The translations under genes were made by a program, and so were the position numbers. A stretch of DNA of 62,515 nucleotides, taken from positions 1-62,515 of IMG/VR virus record IMGVR_UViG_3300028586_000413. One strand, written 5' to 3'. Numbering within the stretch: the stretch's first letter is position 1; each line of letters begins with the position of its first letter. The notes under the pieces were generated by a model. It was not told where the DNA came from. It made no database searches and saw only the letters and a list, made by a program, of their open reading frames with translations. This document shows, piece after piece, positions 17,535 to 25,164 of this stretch. The stretch comes from a virus (Duplodnaviria > Caudoviricetes).

Positions 17535-17999
17535 CTACAGACGGCCAGTAAGTAGCCGGCCAGGTTGGTACACCACGCGGCCGACCACGTTCATCTGCCC
17601 GCTCCGTGCGTTGATCAGCTTGAAGTCTGGATGCAGGAAATTCAGATACCACTGGCCGCCGCGCTGGACGAGCTGCGCGACCACCGCCTCGCCGTCCCAG
17701 TTCACTGCGTAGACCTCGCGATTTCGCTTCGTCGTGTCGGCGGTGTCCACCACCACCCAGTCATCCTCGAACACCAGCGGCTCCAGCCCGCGGTCAGCCA
17801 CCTGGAGCGCCAGCAGGCGCGAAGCGTCAGCGCCCAGCGCCCGAATGGCAGATGTCGGCATTTGAATATGCTTCGCACCGAACATGTCCGGCTCGAGCTC
17901 GAACCCGGAAATTCCGGCACGCAGCCTGAGTTTCACTGCCCGCACCGCGATTGAATCTATCAGGTCAAAGACGTCCGGCCGGGGCTGCGCCCCGATCAC
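17535..17999 (-). CDS. Stand-alone S24-like domain lacking catalytic residues
   Basis: DRGLEP...DDWVVVD...VYAV..DGE.VVAQL...VVGRVV; GTGA overlap with the cI stop. Confidence 0.75.
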   Translation of the reverse strand: MIGAQPRPDVFDLIDSIAVRAVKLRLRAGISGFELEPDMFGAKHIQMPTSAIRALGADASRLLALQVADRGLEPLVFEDDWVVVDTADTTKRNREVYAVNWDGEAVVAQLVQRGGQWYLNFLHPDFKLINARSGQMNVVGRVVYQPGRLLTGRL

Positions 18000-18808
18000 G
18001 AGCGCGAGCGGCGATACCGCTTGCGGTGCTCGACCATCACGCCGATCACAATCAGGTGATCGATATCGCTGCGGAGGGTTGCGTAGTCGTTGTTCAGCGG
18101 AACAAGTTCGAACACCATGTTGCCGTTCAAATCCATACCACGCGGTCGATACTTCTTAAAGGTGGCCTGCTCGCCGCCGTTCTTTGCGACCACAAAATCA
18201 CCAGGGTTCGGCGCCAGATCGGGGTCGATGATCACTCGGTCTCCTGGGCGGAAGTCCGGCATCATCGACTCTCCCTCCAGCTCTAAGCTGAATGCCCAAC
18301 GCGACAGGTTCTCGTCATCGACGTATTCGATGGCGAAGCCAGCGCCAGGGGCGTATGGAGTCTCCATGTCCTTCAAAGCCCCAGCTTGCACAGCCGAGAT
18401 CACGGGAATCGGACGGCCGCCAAGGCGCGCCGGGGAGACATTCTCATCAAACTTCTTCTCTTCTTGCAGTGTTTCGTGATCGGCGCCGCGCGGACGTACA
18501 GGCGTACTGGCACCTTCTGTTGCGCCGTCAGAGGGCGTGTTCTGAGCCGCGGTGGTTGTGCCGTGCATTTCGGCGATTGCCGTTGCCTCGGTATCGAGCC
18601 AGCCTTTCGGCAGCATCAGCGCGCTTTCGATGAAGTCGCGCATATCCTCGCCAATACGCTTTTTCCCTTTTTTTCCATCGGGAGCCAGCATCCGCGAGAC
18701 GTAGGATGCCTCGCGGCCGATCTTGTTCGCAAGCGTGACTGCTTTCCCATCGCAGTGCGAGCGAATAACCGCGCGCAGATTTAGCCTGCGGATTTCAAAT
18801 TTGTCCAT
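17996..18808 (-). CDS. cI: CI-like repressor (HTH plus S24 autopeptidase)
   Basis: RRLNL..HTH, VQAG cleavage region, GESMMP, ATFKKY; divergent from cro. Confidence 0.93.
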   Translation of the reverse strand: MDKFEIRRLNLRAVIRSHCDGKAVTLANKIGREASYVSRMLAPDGKKGKKRIGEDMRDFIESALMLPKGWLDTEATAIAEMHGTTTAAQNTPSDGATEGASTPVRPRGADHETLQEEKKFDENVSPARLGGRPIPVISAVQAGALKDMETPYAPGAGFAIEYVDDENLSRWAFSLELEGESMMPDFRPGDRVIIDPDLAPNPGDFVVAKNGGEQATFKKYRPRGMDLNGNMVFELVPLNNDYATLRSDIDHLIVIGVMVEHRKRYRRSRS

Positions 18809-18826
18809 GTGGCATTCAATCAGCAA

Positions 18827-18884
18827 TTTACTTGCAGGTAAATGACCTGCAGGTATTGACTTGGGCTTTACCCAAGGGTAAATT
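18827..18884. promoter_or_regulatory. OR operators and PR promoter
   Basis: TTTACC-N4-GGTAAA-like sites at 18827-18842, 18842-18857 and 18867-18882; TTGACT-N17-TAAATT. Confidence 0.85.
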
Positions 18885-18890
18885 ACGTCC

Positions 18891-19136
18891 ATGGACAAAT
18901 TGCTTAAGTACCTGAACTCCCTTGGCAAGGATGACCGCGCCGCATTCGTCTCGGCCTGCGGTACTAGTGAGGGATACCTGCGTAAGGCGGCAAGCCGCCA
19001 CCAGGCATTCCGCGCTGAGCTTTGCATATTGCTCGAGCGCGAATCTGCTGGCGCCGTGCGCTGCGAGGACCTGCTGCCCGATGCCGATTGGGCATATATC
19101 CGCTCGCAGTCGGTGACTGCTCCCGTCTCCGGCTGA
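18891..19136 (+). CDS. cro: Cro/YdaS-like regulator
   Basis: CGTSEGYL...ER.S.GAV.CEDL.PD.DW motif; divergent from cI. Confidence 0.88.
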   Translation: MDKLLKYLNSLGKDDRAAFVSACGTSEGYLRKAASRHQAFRAELCILLERESAGAVRCEDLLPDADWAYIRSQSVTAPVSG

Positions 19137-19244
19137 GCGGACTGGTCGAGGCGGCGGTAGGTCAGTGCGGTCATGAGCTGTGTTGATCAGAAGTAATTAG
19201 GCAGTGTTGTCAGATTAGCTTGCCAAACAGAAAGAGTCACGAAG

Positions 19245-19832
19245 ATGGGTATTCAAAATCAATCGCTGGTCGAGGTACTCCGGTCTTCTGTAGAGGCGTG
19301 GCGCACCGCCCAGCACATGACCAGCCGCGAGGCGATCGCGATCGCCATCGTTGAGGCGCACCAGGTGCACGCCGCAGGAAGTGCCAAGGAGATCAGTTTT
19401 GACTTCGCGGGCAGTGACGTGTACGACCGCGCGAAGAAGTCGGCCCAGAAGATCTTCCGTTGGCTTGACGAGGGCAACCTGCCGGCCAACATGATCCCGT
19501 CGATCCTTGCCGCGCTGCCCGCCGAGCACCGCATGGCGGCGCTGAACCAGATCCTGTGCCCGCTGGGCGTCGAGGCGCGCTCAGTCGACCAGGCACCGGC
19601 CATCGGCTTCGACACGATGAAGCACCTCCGCTCGATCACGAAGGAGGGTGCCGAAGCAAAGATGGCCCTGCTGACGGTGGCGTCCGAGGCCAGCGATGCT
19701 GAGCTGCTCGCAGCGCACCGCGAGCTGGCTGAAGCCGAGCAGGCATACGGCGGCGCCGCGGCGGACCTGATGGCCAAGATCACGGCACGCCAAGCGCTGG
19801 CCCAGGCCCGCGCGAGTTCCCAGTCGACGTAG
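19245..19832 (+). CDS. CII-position regulatory protein
   Basis: Follows cro; QKIFRWLD motif. Confidence 0.55.
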   Translation: MGIQNQSLVEVLRSSVEAWRTAQHMTSREAIAIAIVEAHQVHAAGSAKEISFDFAGSDVYDRAKKSAQKIFRWLDEGNLPANMIPSILAALPAEHRMAALNQILCPLGVEARSVDQAPAIGFDTMKHLRSITKEGAEAKMALLTVASEASDAELLAAHRELAEAEQAYGGAAADLMAKITARQALAQARASSQST

Positions 19833-19876
19833 GCAGCACCCAGGCGGCGGGATGGCGCCGCCACCAATACCGAGGA

Positions 19877-20086
19877 GTGAACTTGAAAAACGTACCGAAG
19901 CTGATCGACACCCTGCGCACGCGGTTCGAGATCAAGAGCGACGCGGCCCTGGCGCGTGAGCTGGAGATCGCCCCGAGCGTGATCAGCAAGCTGCGCGCCG
20001 GCGCCACGCTGGGGCCGACAGTGATCCTCAGCATCCACGAGCACCTGGGCGTCCCGGTGAAAGAAATCCGCGCGCTGGCGGCGTAA
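19877..20086 (+). CDS. Small HTH protein
   Basis: SDAALARELEIAPSVISKLR; gagga RBS. Confidence 0.8.
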   Translation: MNLKNVPKLIDTLRTRFEIKSDAALARELEIAPSVISKLRAGATLGPTVILSIHEHLGVPVKEIRALAA

Positions 20087-20320
20087 AGCCCGCTCCTCAC
20101 CGATACCACGATACCCCGGCGACTGTCCGCAGGACTGCGCCGGATCACAGAAGGAGAAGGGATGGATCAACAGGAAGAGGGTGACGCAGTGCCGGCGCCG
20201 ATCGAGCCTGGCCACGTGATGAGCCGCGAGAAGTTTAAGCAAATGCTCGCAGAGCAGCAGATGTGAAAAGACCCGGTTGCAGCCGGGTCCCTTGAATCAA
20301 ATCCTTGGAGAGGAAACCAA

Positions 20321-20581
20321 ATGTTAGCACAATCGAATCCACCGGCGGTGCACGCCGGTGAAGACCAGTCTTCGCCATCAGGTTGCCAGCAGGTCATGTC
20401 CTATGCGACAGAGCCGCGCGAGGCGGGCGCCGACGAGGCGGAAACGCTGACCCAGCTGGTGATCGATAACGACTGGCTGCGCGCCGGCGACGTCGTCTAC
20501 ATCACCGAGACCCGCCGTCACACCCTGACCGATGCGGACCTGAATGCGGCCGCGCGCGCCGTGATCGGCGGTGCCGCGTGA
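20321..20581 (+). CDS. Hypothetical phage protein
   Basis: Strong RBS, coupled to the next gene. Confidence 0.55.
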   Translation: MLAQSNPPAVHAGEDQSSPSGCQQVMSYATEPREAGADEAETLTQLVIDNDWLRAGDVVYITETRRHTLTDADLNAAARAVIGGAA

Positions 20582-21300
20582 GCGACCTGACCCCGGACCG
20601 CTTCCTGCGCGACGTCGCCGGCCACAAGCTGACCATTCTGCGTGACGACGACGTTTACCGCCATCTGCGCTTCAGCCGCCCCGATACCGGCTGCATGCAC
20701 TTCGACCTGATCACGTGGCCTGGTCATCTGTGCTACGCCGGCGACATGGGCACTTACGTGTTCACCCGCCTCCGCGACATGTTCGATTTCTTCCGGCGCT
20801 CGAAGTCGAAAGACCCCTTCGCCGTCGACCACTACTACTGGGCCGAGAAGGTCGAAGCCGGCGGCCGCGCGGGCCGCGGCAACGGTGTGACCCAGTTCAG
20901 CAAGGCCAAGTTCGACGCCGCTGTGCGGCAGCGGGTCGAGGACTTCGTGAAGGGCGAGACCGGCGAGGCCGCAGACCTCGGCGAGACCGAGCTGCTCACC
21001 TGCGCGCTGGGCGATCTGCGCGTTGCCGTCGAGCGAGACGTGATCGGCGCCGACGACAACGATATCCGATGCTTCGACGCCGCCAACGAATTCGTCTTCG
21101 GCGCGGAAGACAGTGAGGCCTGGAGTGCATACTTTGGCGCCGAGACGACCTTCGAATTCACGGACTTCTGGGAGGTCAATCACGACGAGTTCACTCACCG
21201 CTTCCAGTGGTGCTGCTACGCGCTTGCCTGGGGCATCAAGCAGTACGACGAATCGAAGGCGGCGGCACGCGCGGCCGAAGGCGAAGAGGTACCAGCATGA
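20578..21300 (+). CDS. Hypothetical phage protein
   Basis: YRHLRF, FDLITWPG.L...GDMG.YVF, YWAEK, WCC.A..WGI..YD motifs. Confidence 0.8.
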   Translation: MSDLTPDRFLRDVAGHKLTILRDDDVYRHLRFSRPDTGCMHFDLITWPGHLCYAGDMGTYVFTRLRDMFDFFRRSKSKDPFAVDHYYWAEKVEAGGRAGRGNGVTQFSKAKFDAAVRQRVEDFVKGETGEAADLGETELLTCALGDLRVAVERDVIGADDNDIRCFDAANEFVFGAEDSEAWSAYFGAETTFEFTDFWEVNHDEFTHRFQWCCYALAWGIKQYDESKAAARAAEGEEVPA

Positions 21301-21746
21301 CGCGCGCCAGCTACGTCACCCCTGGCCAGACCGCCGCGCGCCTGGACAATCTGCGTCGCCTGGTTGGCGCGCTGCTGGTCGGCCCGCTGAGCCGCGCCGC
21401 GATCGGCAACCTGCTGGAGATGGGACCCTCCGGCGTACGCAAGTACCTCGCCGACCTGGGCGAGCGCGTCACCTCGGCGCGCGGCGACGACGGCCTGATG
21501 TGCTACCTGGCCATCACGCCGGAGCAGGCCCAGGCTTACCTGGCGCAGCTCGCGACGGCGCCGGTCTCGCGCCCGACCGGCGTGCCGAAGCGCGCGAAGG
21601 ATCTCGCCACGATCGGCACCGGCCGCCACATCCACGTTATGCGAGACGACAGCCACTTCGCGGTGCGCCTGCACTCGGCGCCGGCCGCGCGCGACCCGTT
21701 GGTCGCCGCCTTCTTCGGTGCTCGCGCTGCGGAGGTCCGCCTATGA
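21297..21746 (+). CDS. Winged-helix-like phage protein
   Basis: Coupled ORF with HTH-like segment and RDPLVAAFFG tail. Confidence 0.65.
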   Translation: MTRASYVTPGQTAARLDNLRRLVGALLVGPLSRAAIGNLLEMGPSGVRKYLADLGERVTSARGDDGLMCYLAITPEQAQAYLAQLATAPVSRPTGVPKRAKDLATIGTGRHIHVMRDDSHFAVRLHSAPAARDPLVAAFFGARAAEVRL

Positions 21747-22657
21747 AGGCCATCGATCTGTTCGCCGGTGCCGGCGGGTTCAGCACCGGCGCCACGATGG
21801 CTGGTGTCGACGTCATGTGGGCGGCCAACCACTGGCCCGCCGCCGTCGCGATCCACGCCCAGAACCATCCGCACGCCGCGCACCTGTGCCAGGACCTGCA
21901 GCAGGCGAACTGGCGCGACGTGCCCGCGCACGACATCCTGCTGGCGTCGCCGTGCTGCCAGGGACACAGCAAGGCGCGCGGCAAGGCCAACGGAAACCCG
22001 CAGCACGACGCCAGCCGCTCAACCGCCTGGGCCGTGGTGACGGCAGCCGAATACCACCGGCCGGCGTTCGCCGTCATCGAGAATGTGCCCGAGTTCACCC
22101 GCTGGGCGTTATATCCCAGCTGGTGCTCGGCGATGTATGCGCTGGGCTACGCGCTGACTCCAATGATCGTCGACGCGGCCGACCACGGCGCGCCGCAGCA
22201 CCGCGAGCGCCTGTTCATCGTCGCCGCCCGCGCCAAGCATCCGATCATGCTCACGCTGGAAAAGGGCCCGCACGTCCCGGCCAGTAGCTTCATCGACTTC
22301 GGCGCCGGTAGCTGGCAGCCGATTGAGAAGCCTGGTCGCGCTGCAAACACCCTGGCGCGCGTCGCCGCCGGCCGGGCCGCGCACGGCGACCGATTCATCA
22401 GCAGCTACTACGGCAATACCAAGGGCGGGCGGTCGATCGAGCGACCGGTCGGTACGATCACCACCAAGGACCGGCACGCGATCATCGATGGCGATCGCAT
22501 GCGCATGTTCTCGAAATTCGAGTGCCGTGCTGCGATGGGGTTCCCGGACACCTATATCTTGCCGGAGAAGCACGAGGACGCGATCCACATGCTGGGCAAC
22601 GCTGTGTGCCCGCCGGCCGCGCGCGACGTCATCGCCGCGATGCGGGAGGCCGCATGA
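21743..22657 (+). CDS. C5 DNA cytosine methyltransferase (orphan)
   Basis: DLFAGAGG, SPCCQG, ENV, Q.RER and LGNAV motifs. Confidence 0.93.
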   Translation: MKAIDLFAGAGGFSTGATMAGVDVMWAANHWPAAVAIHAQNHPHAAHLCQDLQQANWRDVPAHDILLASPCCQGHSKARGKANGNPQHDASRSTAWAVVTAAEYHRPAFAVIENVPEFTRWALYPSWCSAMYALGYALTPMIVDAADHGAPQHRERLFIVAARAKHPIMLTLEKGPHVPASSFIDFGAGSWQPIEKPGRAANTLARVAAGRAAHGDRFISSYYGNTKGGRSIERPVGTITTKDRHAIIDGDRMRMFSKFECRAAMGFPDTYILPEKHEDAIHMLGNAVCPPAARDVIAAMREAA

Positions 22658-23082
22658 CGTCCAACCGTGTCGAAGGTCGATTCCTTCCGGGCCACAGCTA
22701 TTCGCCCGCCACGCAGTTCAGGAAGGGCGTGAGTGCATCGCCCGCTACCCAATTCAGTGCTGGCCAGGATGCTCATAACCACCTGCCGGTCGGGACCGTG
22801 CGCGTGCGCCGCGAGACGCACACTGGCCTCGACCGTGCATGGGTGAAGACGGCCGAGCCAAACGTTTGGCGGAAGCGCGCGGTGGTGGTTTGGGAGGCTG
22901 CGCACGGCCCGGTGCCGCGCGGCTCAGTCGTCCATCACCGCGACCGAGATAGCCTGAATGACGACCTGCCCAATCTCCAGGCCATGACGCGGCGTGAACA
23001 TGCGGACGAGCATCGCAACGAGCTGCTTGCCGCACGAGCAGGCTCCGCGCCCGAGCGTCAGATTGCCGGGGTGGCCGCATGA
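22654..23082 (+). CDS. HNH endonuclease-like protein
   Basis: VWEA.HGPVP.G.VVHHRD.D.LN....NL motif. Confidence 0.8.
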   Translation: MTSNRVEGRFLPGHSYSPATQFRKGVSASPATQFSAGQDAHNHLPVGTVRVRRETHTGLDRAWVKTAEPNVWRKRAVVVWEAAHGPVPRGSVVHHRDRDSLNDDLPNLQAMTRREHADEHRNELLAARAGSAPERQIAGVAA

Positions 23083-23087
23083 ACGCC

Positions 23088-23354
23088 TCAGCAATCCAGG
23101 CGGTCTTGTGTGCGCACGCGCTGCACACCATGGGACACCGCCATCATCTCGGCGAGCCCTTTGGTGGAAAAGCTCTGAGAGCGAACCTCATGCAGGGCAG
23201 CCGCCTGTTTAGGAGCGTCGGGTATTCCGCGAACTCGGTCGATCGAGTACGCGGGCCAAAAACCTCCATCTGCCGCCTTCACGGCGCGCCCGCGGACGCG
23301 GTAGTCACCTTCGTCCCAAGGATTGACGGATTCGCGCGGTTCGAAGTTATCCAT
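23088..23354 (-). CDS. Small antisense hypothetical protein (moron)
   Basis: gagg RBS, AT-richer upstream region, protein-like composition. Confidence 0.55.
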   Translation of the reverse strand: MDNFEPRESVNPWDEGDYRVRGRAVKAADGGFWPAYSIDRVRGIPDAPKQAAALHEVRSQSFSTKGLAEMMAVSHGVQRVRTQDRLDC

Positions 23355-23523
23355 GAGTCTGCCTCAATTTATAACGACAACTCATTTTACGAAGCCAGTG
23401 GGGCAATGTATGTCCGACACATCGACAATCCCGGGTCAAAACTGTTCAGCTTATGCGCATCGCATGAAAAAGCCGACGTCCAAGCGGGCGCCCAGCAAGC
23501 CAACGATTCACGGAGGGCCTCCC

Positions 23524-23949
23524 ATGGCCAGCAATAAAGGAACTCGCACCGCGATGCGCGGCACTGCAGCCTATGCCGCCGGCGCACACCTGCACAAGCA
23601 CGGCCCGATGAACCAGCACGCGCTGTTCGCCGTGGTCGACATGGGCCACAAAACCGGCCACCAGGAAGACACCCTGCAGCGCGCGATCAGTAGCGGCTGG
23701 CTAGTCGAGCAGGACGACGAGAAGATCAACATCAGCAGCTTCGCCCGCGCGCACTACGACCAGCTGGAGGGTGAAAAGGAGCGCCCGGTCGGCCAGATCG
23801 CCGCGTCGCGCGAGCCGGCCGACGTCTTCGCGCGCCCGCCGCTGAGCAAGCGCTTCATCCCAAACCCGCGCGGCACCCGCCAGGACATCCCGGCGTGGTC
23901 GGTGCGTAGCGGCGTCCGATTCAAGAACTTAAGCGGGGGGGATGCGTGA
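23524..23949 (+). CDS. Hypothetical phage protein
   Basis: ggagg RBS before MASNKG. Confidence 0.65.
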   Translation: MASNKGTRTAMRGTAAYAAGAHLHKHGPMNQHALFAVVDMGHKTGHQEDTLQRAISSGWLVEQDDEKINISSFARAHYDQLEGEKERPVGQIAASREPADVFARPPLSKRFIPNPRGTRQDIPAWSVRSGVRFKNLSGGDA

Positions 23950-23954
23950 GAACG

Positions 23955-24593
23955 TTAGGAGCTCCCACGCCGAGCTTGGGCGCTTTCCACTTGAGCGGGA
24001 AGTGTGTAAAGGTAAATGAGAAGAAACTTGCAGAACTCGTGCATCTGGTCGGCGATTTCAGCTGTCGCTTCGTCTTCGCCATGCACCGCTTCATTGCCAT
24101 CAAGTCGGAGTTCGTGGGCCCAAGTCTGAAGTTCACGGGTAATTCGGTTCTCAGCCGCCATACGATCGATGCGTTTTTCAATCTTCCACGCTTCGATATC
24201 TGGGGAAAAGCTCTTCAACGCGAGCTCCATCGTCTTCCTATACATCGCACAGGCAGCATCAAAATGCTTAGCTCGCCGAGATCCAGCGCCCTGCTCGAAG
24301 GCGCGCTCGACGGCCGGGGGCACGTTGTCTGGGGACTCCTTACTGACGACCTTCGGGAAAAAGTCGACAAAAACGTAATGCGATGGATCCTGAAGAATGT
24401 TCCCAGGGTAAGCAAGAGGATTTACGCCCATCTGTTGCCTCACTACGCAGACAACAGGTGCGTGACAGGCATTGCAAGTTGCGCCGACTGCAACCGCCTG
24501 TCTTTTATCGACTATGCATCGAAACTCGGACGAAGCAGTGAAGCCGCTATTCGATACCCCGCAGTGCGGGCAGTTGTAAATAAGGGTTGCCAT
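23955..24593 (-). CDS. DUF4145 (HEPN-like) domain protein with Zn ribbon, antisense moron
   Basis: CPHC and CNAC; AACAMYRK.ME; LR..GNEAVH motif. Confidence 0.85.
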   Translation of the reverse strand: MATLIYNCPHCGVSNSGFTASSEFRCIVDKRQAVAVGATCNACHAPVVCVVRQQMGVNPLAYPGNILQDPSHYVFVDFFPKVVSKESPDNVPPAVERAFEQGAGSRRAKHFDAACAMYRKTMELALKSFSPDIEAWKIEKRIDRMAAENRITRELQTWAHELRLDGNEAVHGEDEATAEIADQMHEFCKFLLIYLYTLPAQVESAQARRGSS

Positions 24594-24628
24594 ATTGTCC
24601 AGTCTGTTTCCAAAAAGGACATCCTAGC

Positions 24629-25162
24629 ATGATGCGCCGCTCACCCCTCAAGCAGGGTAAGCCGCTCGAGCGCAAGACGCCGATGGCGCGCGGCACCGGT
24701 TTCAAGTCGCCCACCGCCGGTGCCGGCCTGCTGCGCGTCGCCGCCGTCCAGGCGCAGGCCCGGGCCCGCGAGCCGAAGGTCCGTAAGCCGATCGCATCGC
24801 GTGGCATGAAAGGCCGCCCGCCGACCGCCGACGAGGCGCGCTTCATGACGGCGATCGCTGCCGTGGGTTGCATCGCATGCCGCAAGGACGGCTGGCACAA
24901 CCCGAACGTCAGCGTGCACCACATCGACGGCCGCACGAAGCCGGGCGCGCATCTGATGGTCCTGCCGCTGTGCGCTGGCCACCACCAGGACGGTACCGGC
25001 CCGAACCCGACCCTCATCGCGGTACACCCGTACAAGGCACGCTTCGAAGAGCGCTACGGCACGCAGTTGCAGCTGCTGGCCGAGTGCGCATCCCTGATCA
25101 GAAATAGCGAGACCGCGGCGGTTGCAGCCGGCGCGGCCTCTGAACAAATCACCTTGGAGTAA
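24629..25162 (+). CDS. Ref-family recombination enhancement (HNH) nuclease
   Basis: GCIACR, VHHIDG, VLPLC..HH, AVH..K..FE..YGT motifs. Confidence 0.8.
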   Translation: MMRRSPLKQGKPLERKTPMARGTGFKSPTAGAGLLRVAAVQAQARAREPKVRKPIASRGMKGRPPTADEARFMTAIAAVGCIACRKDGWHNPNVSVHHIDGRTKPGAHLMVLPLCAGHHQDGTGPNPTLIAVHPYKARFEERYGTQLQLLAECASLIRNSETAAVAAGAASEQITLE

Positions 25163-25164
25163 TT

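Noticed and set aside
18809-19174. Extended N-termini in the ORF track (cI 392 aa, methyltransferase 514 aa, HD 339 aa, connector 471 aa)
   Set aside because: They overlap neighbouring real genes or operators; downstream starts fit better on RBS, coupling or domain boundaries
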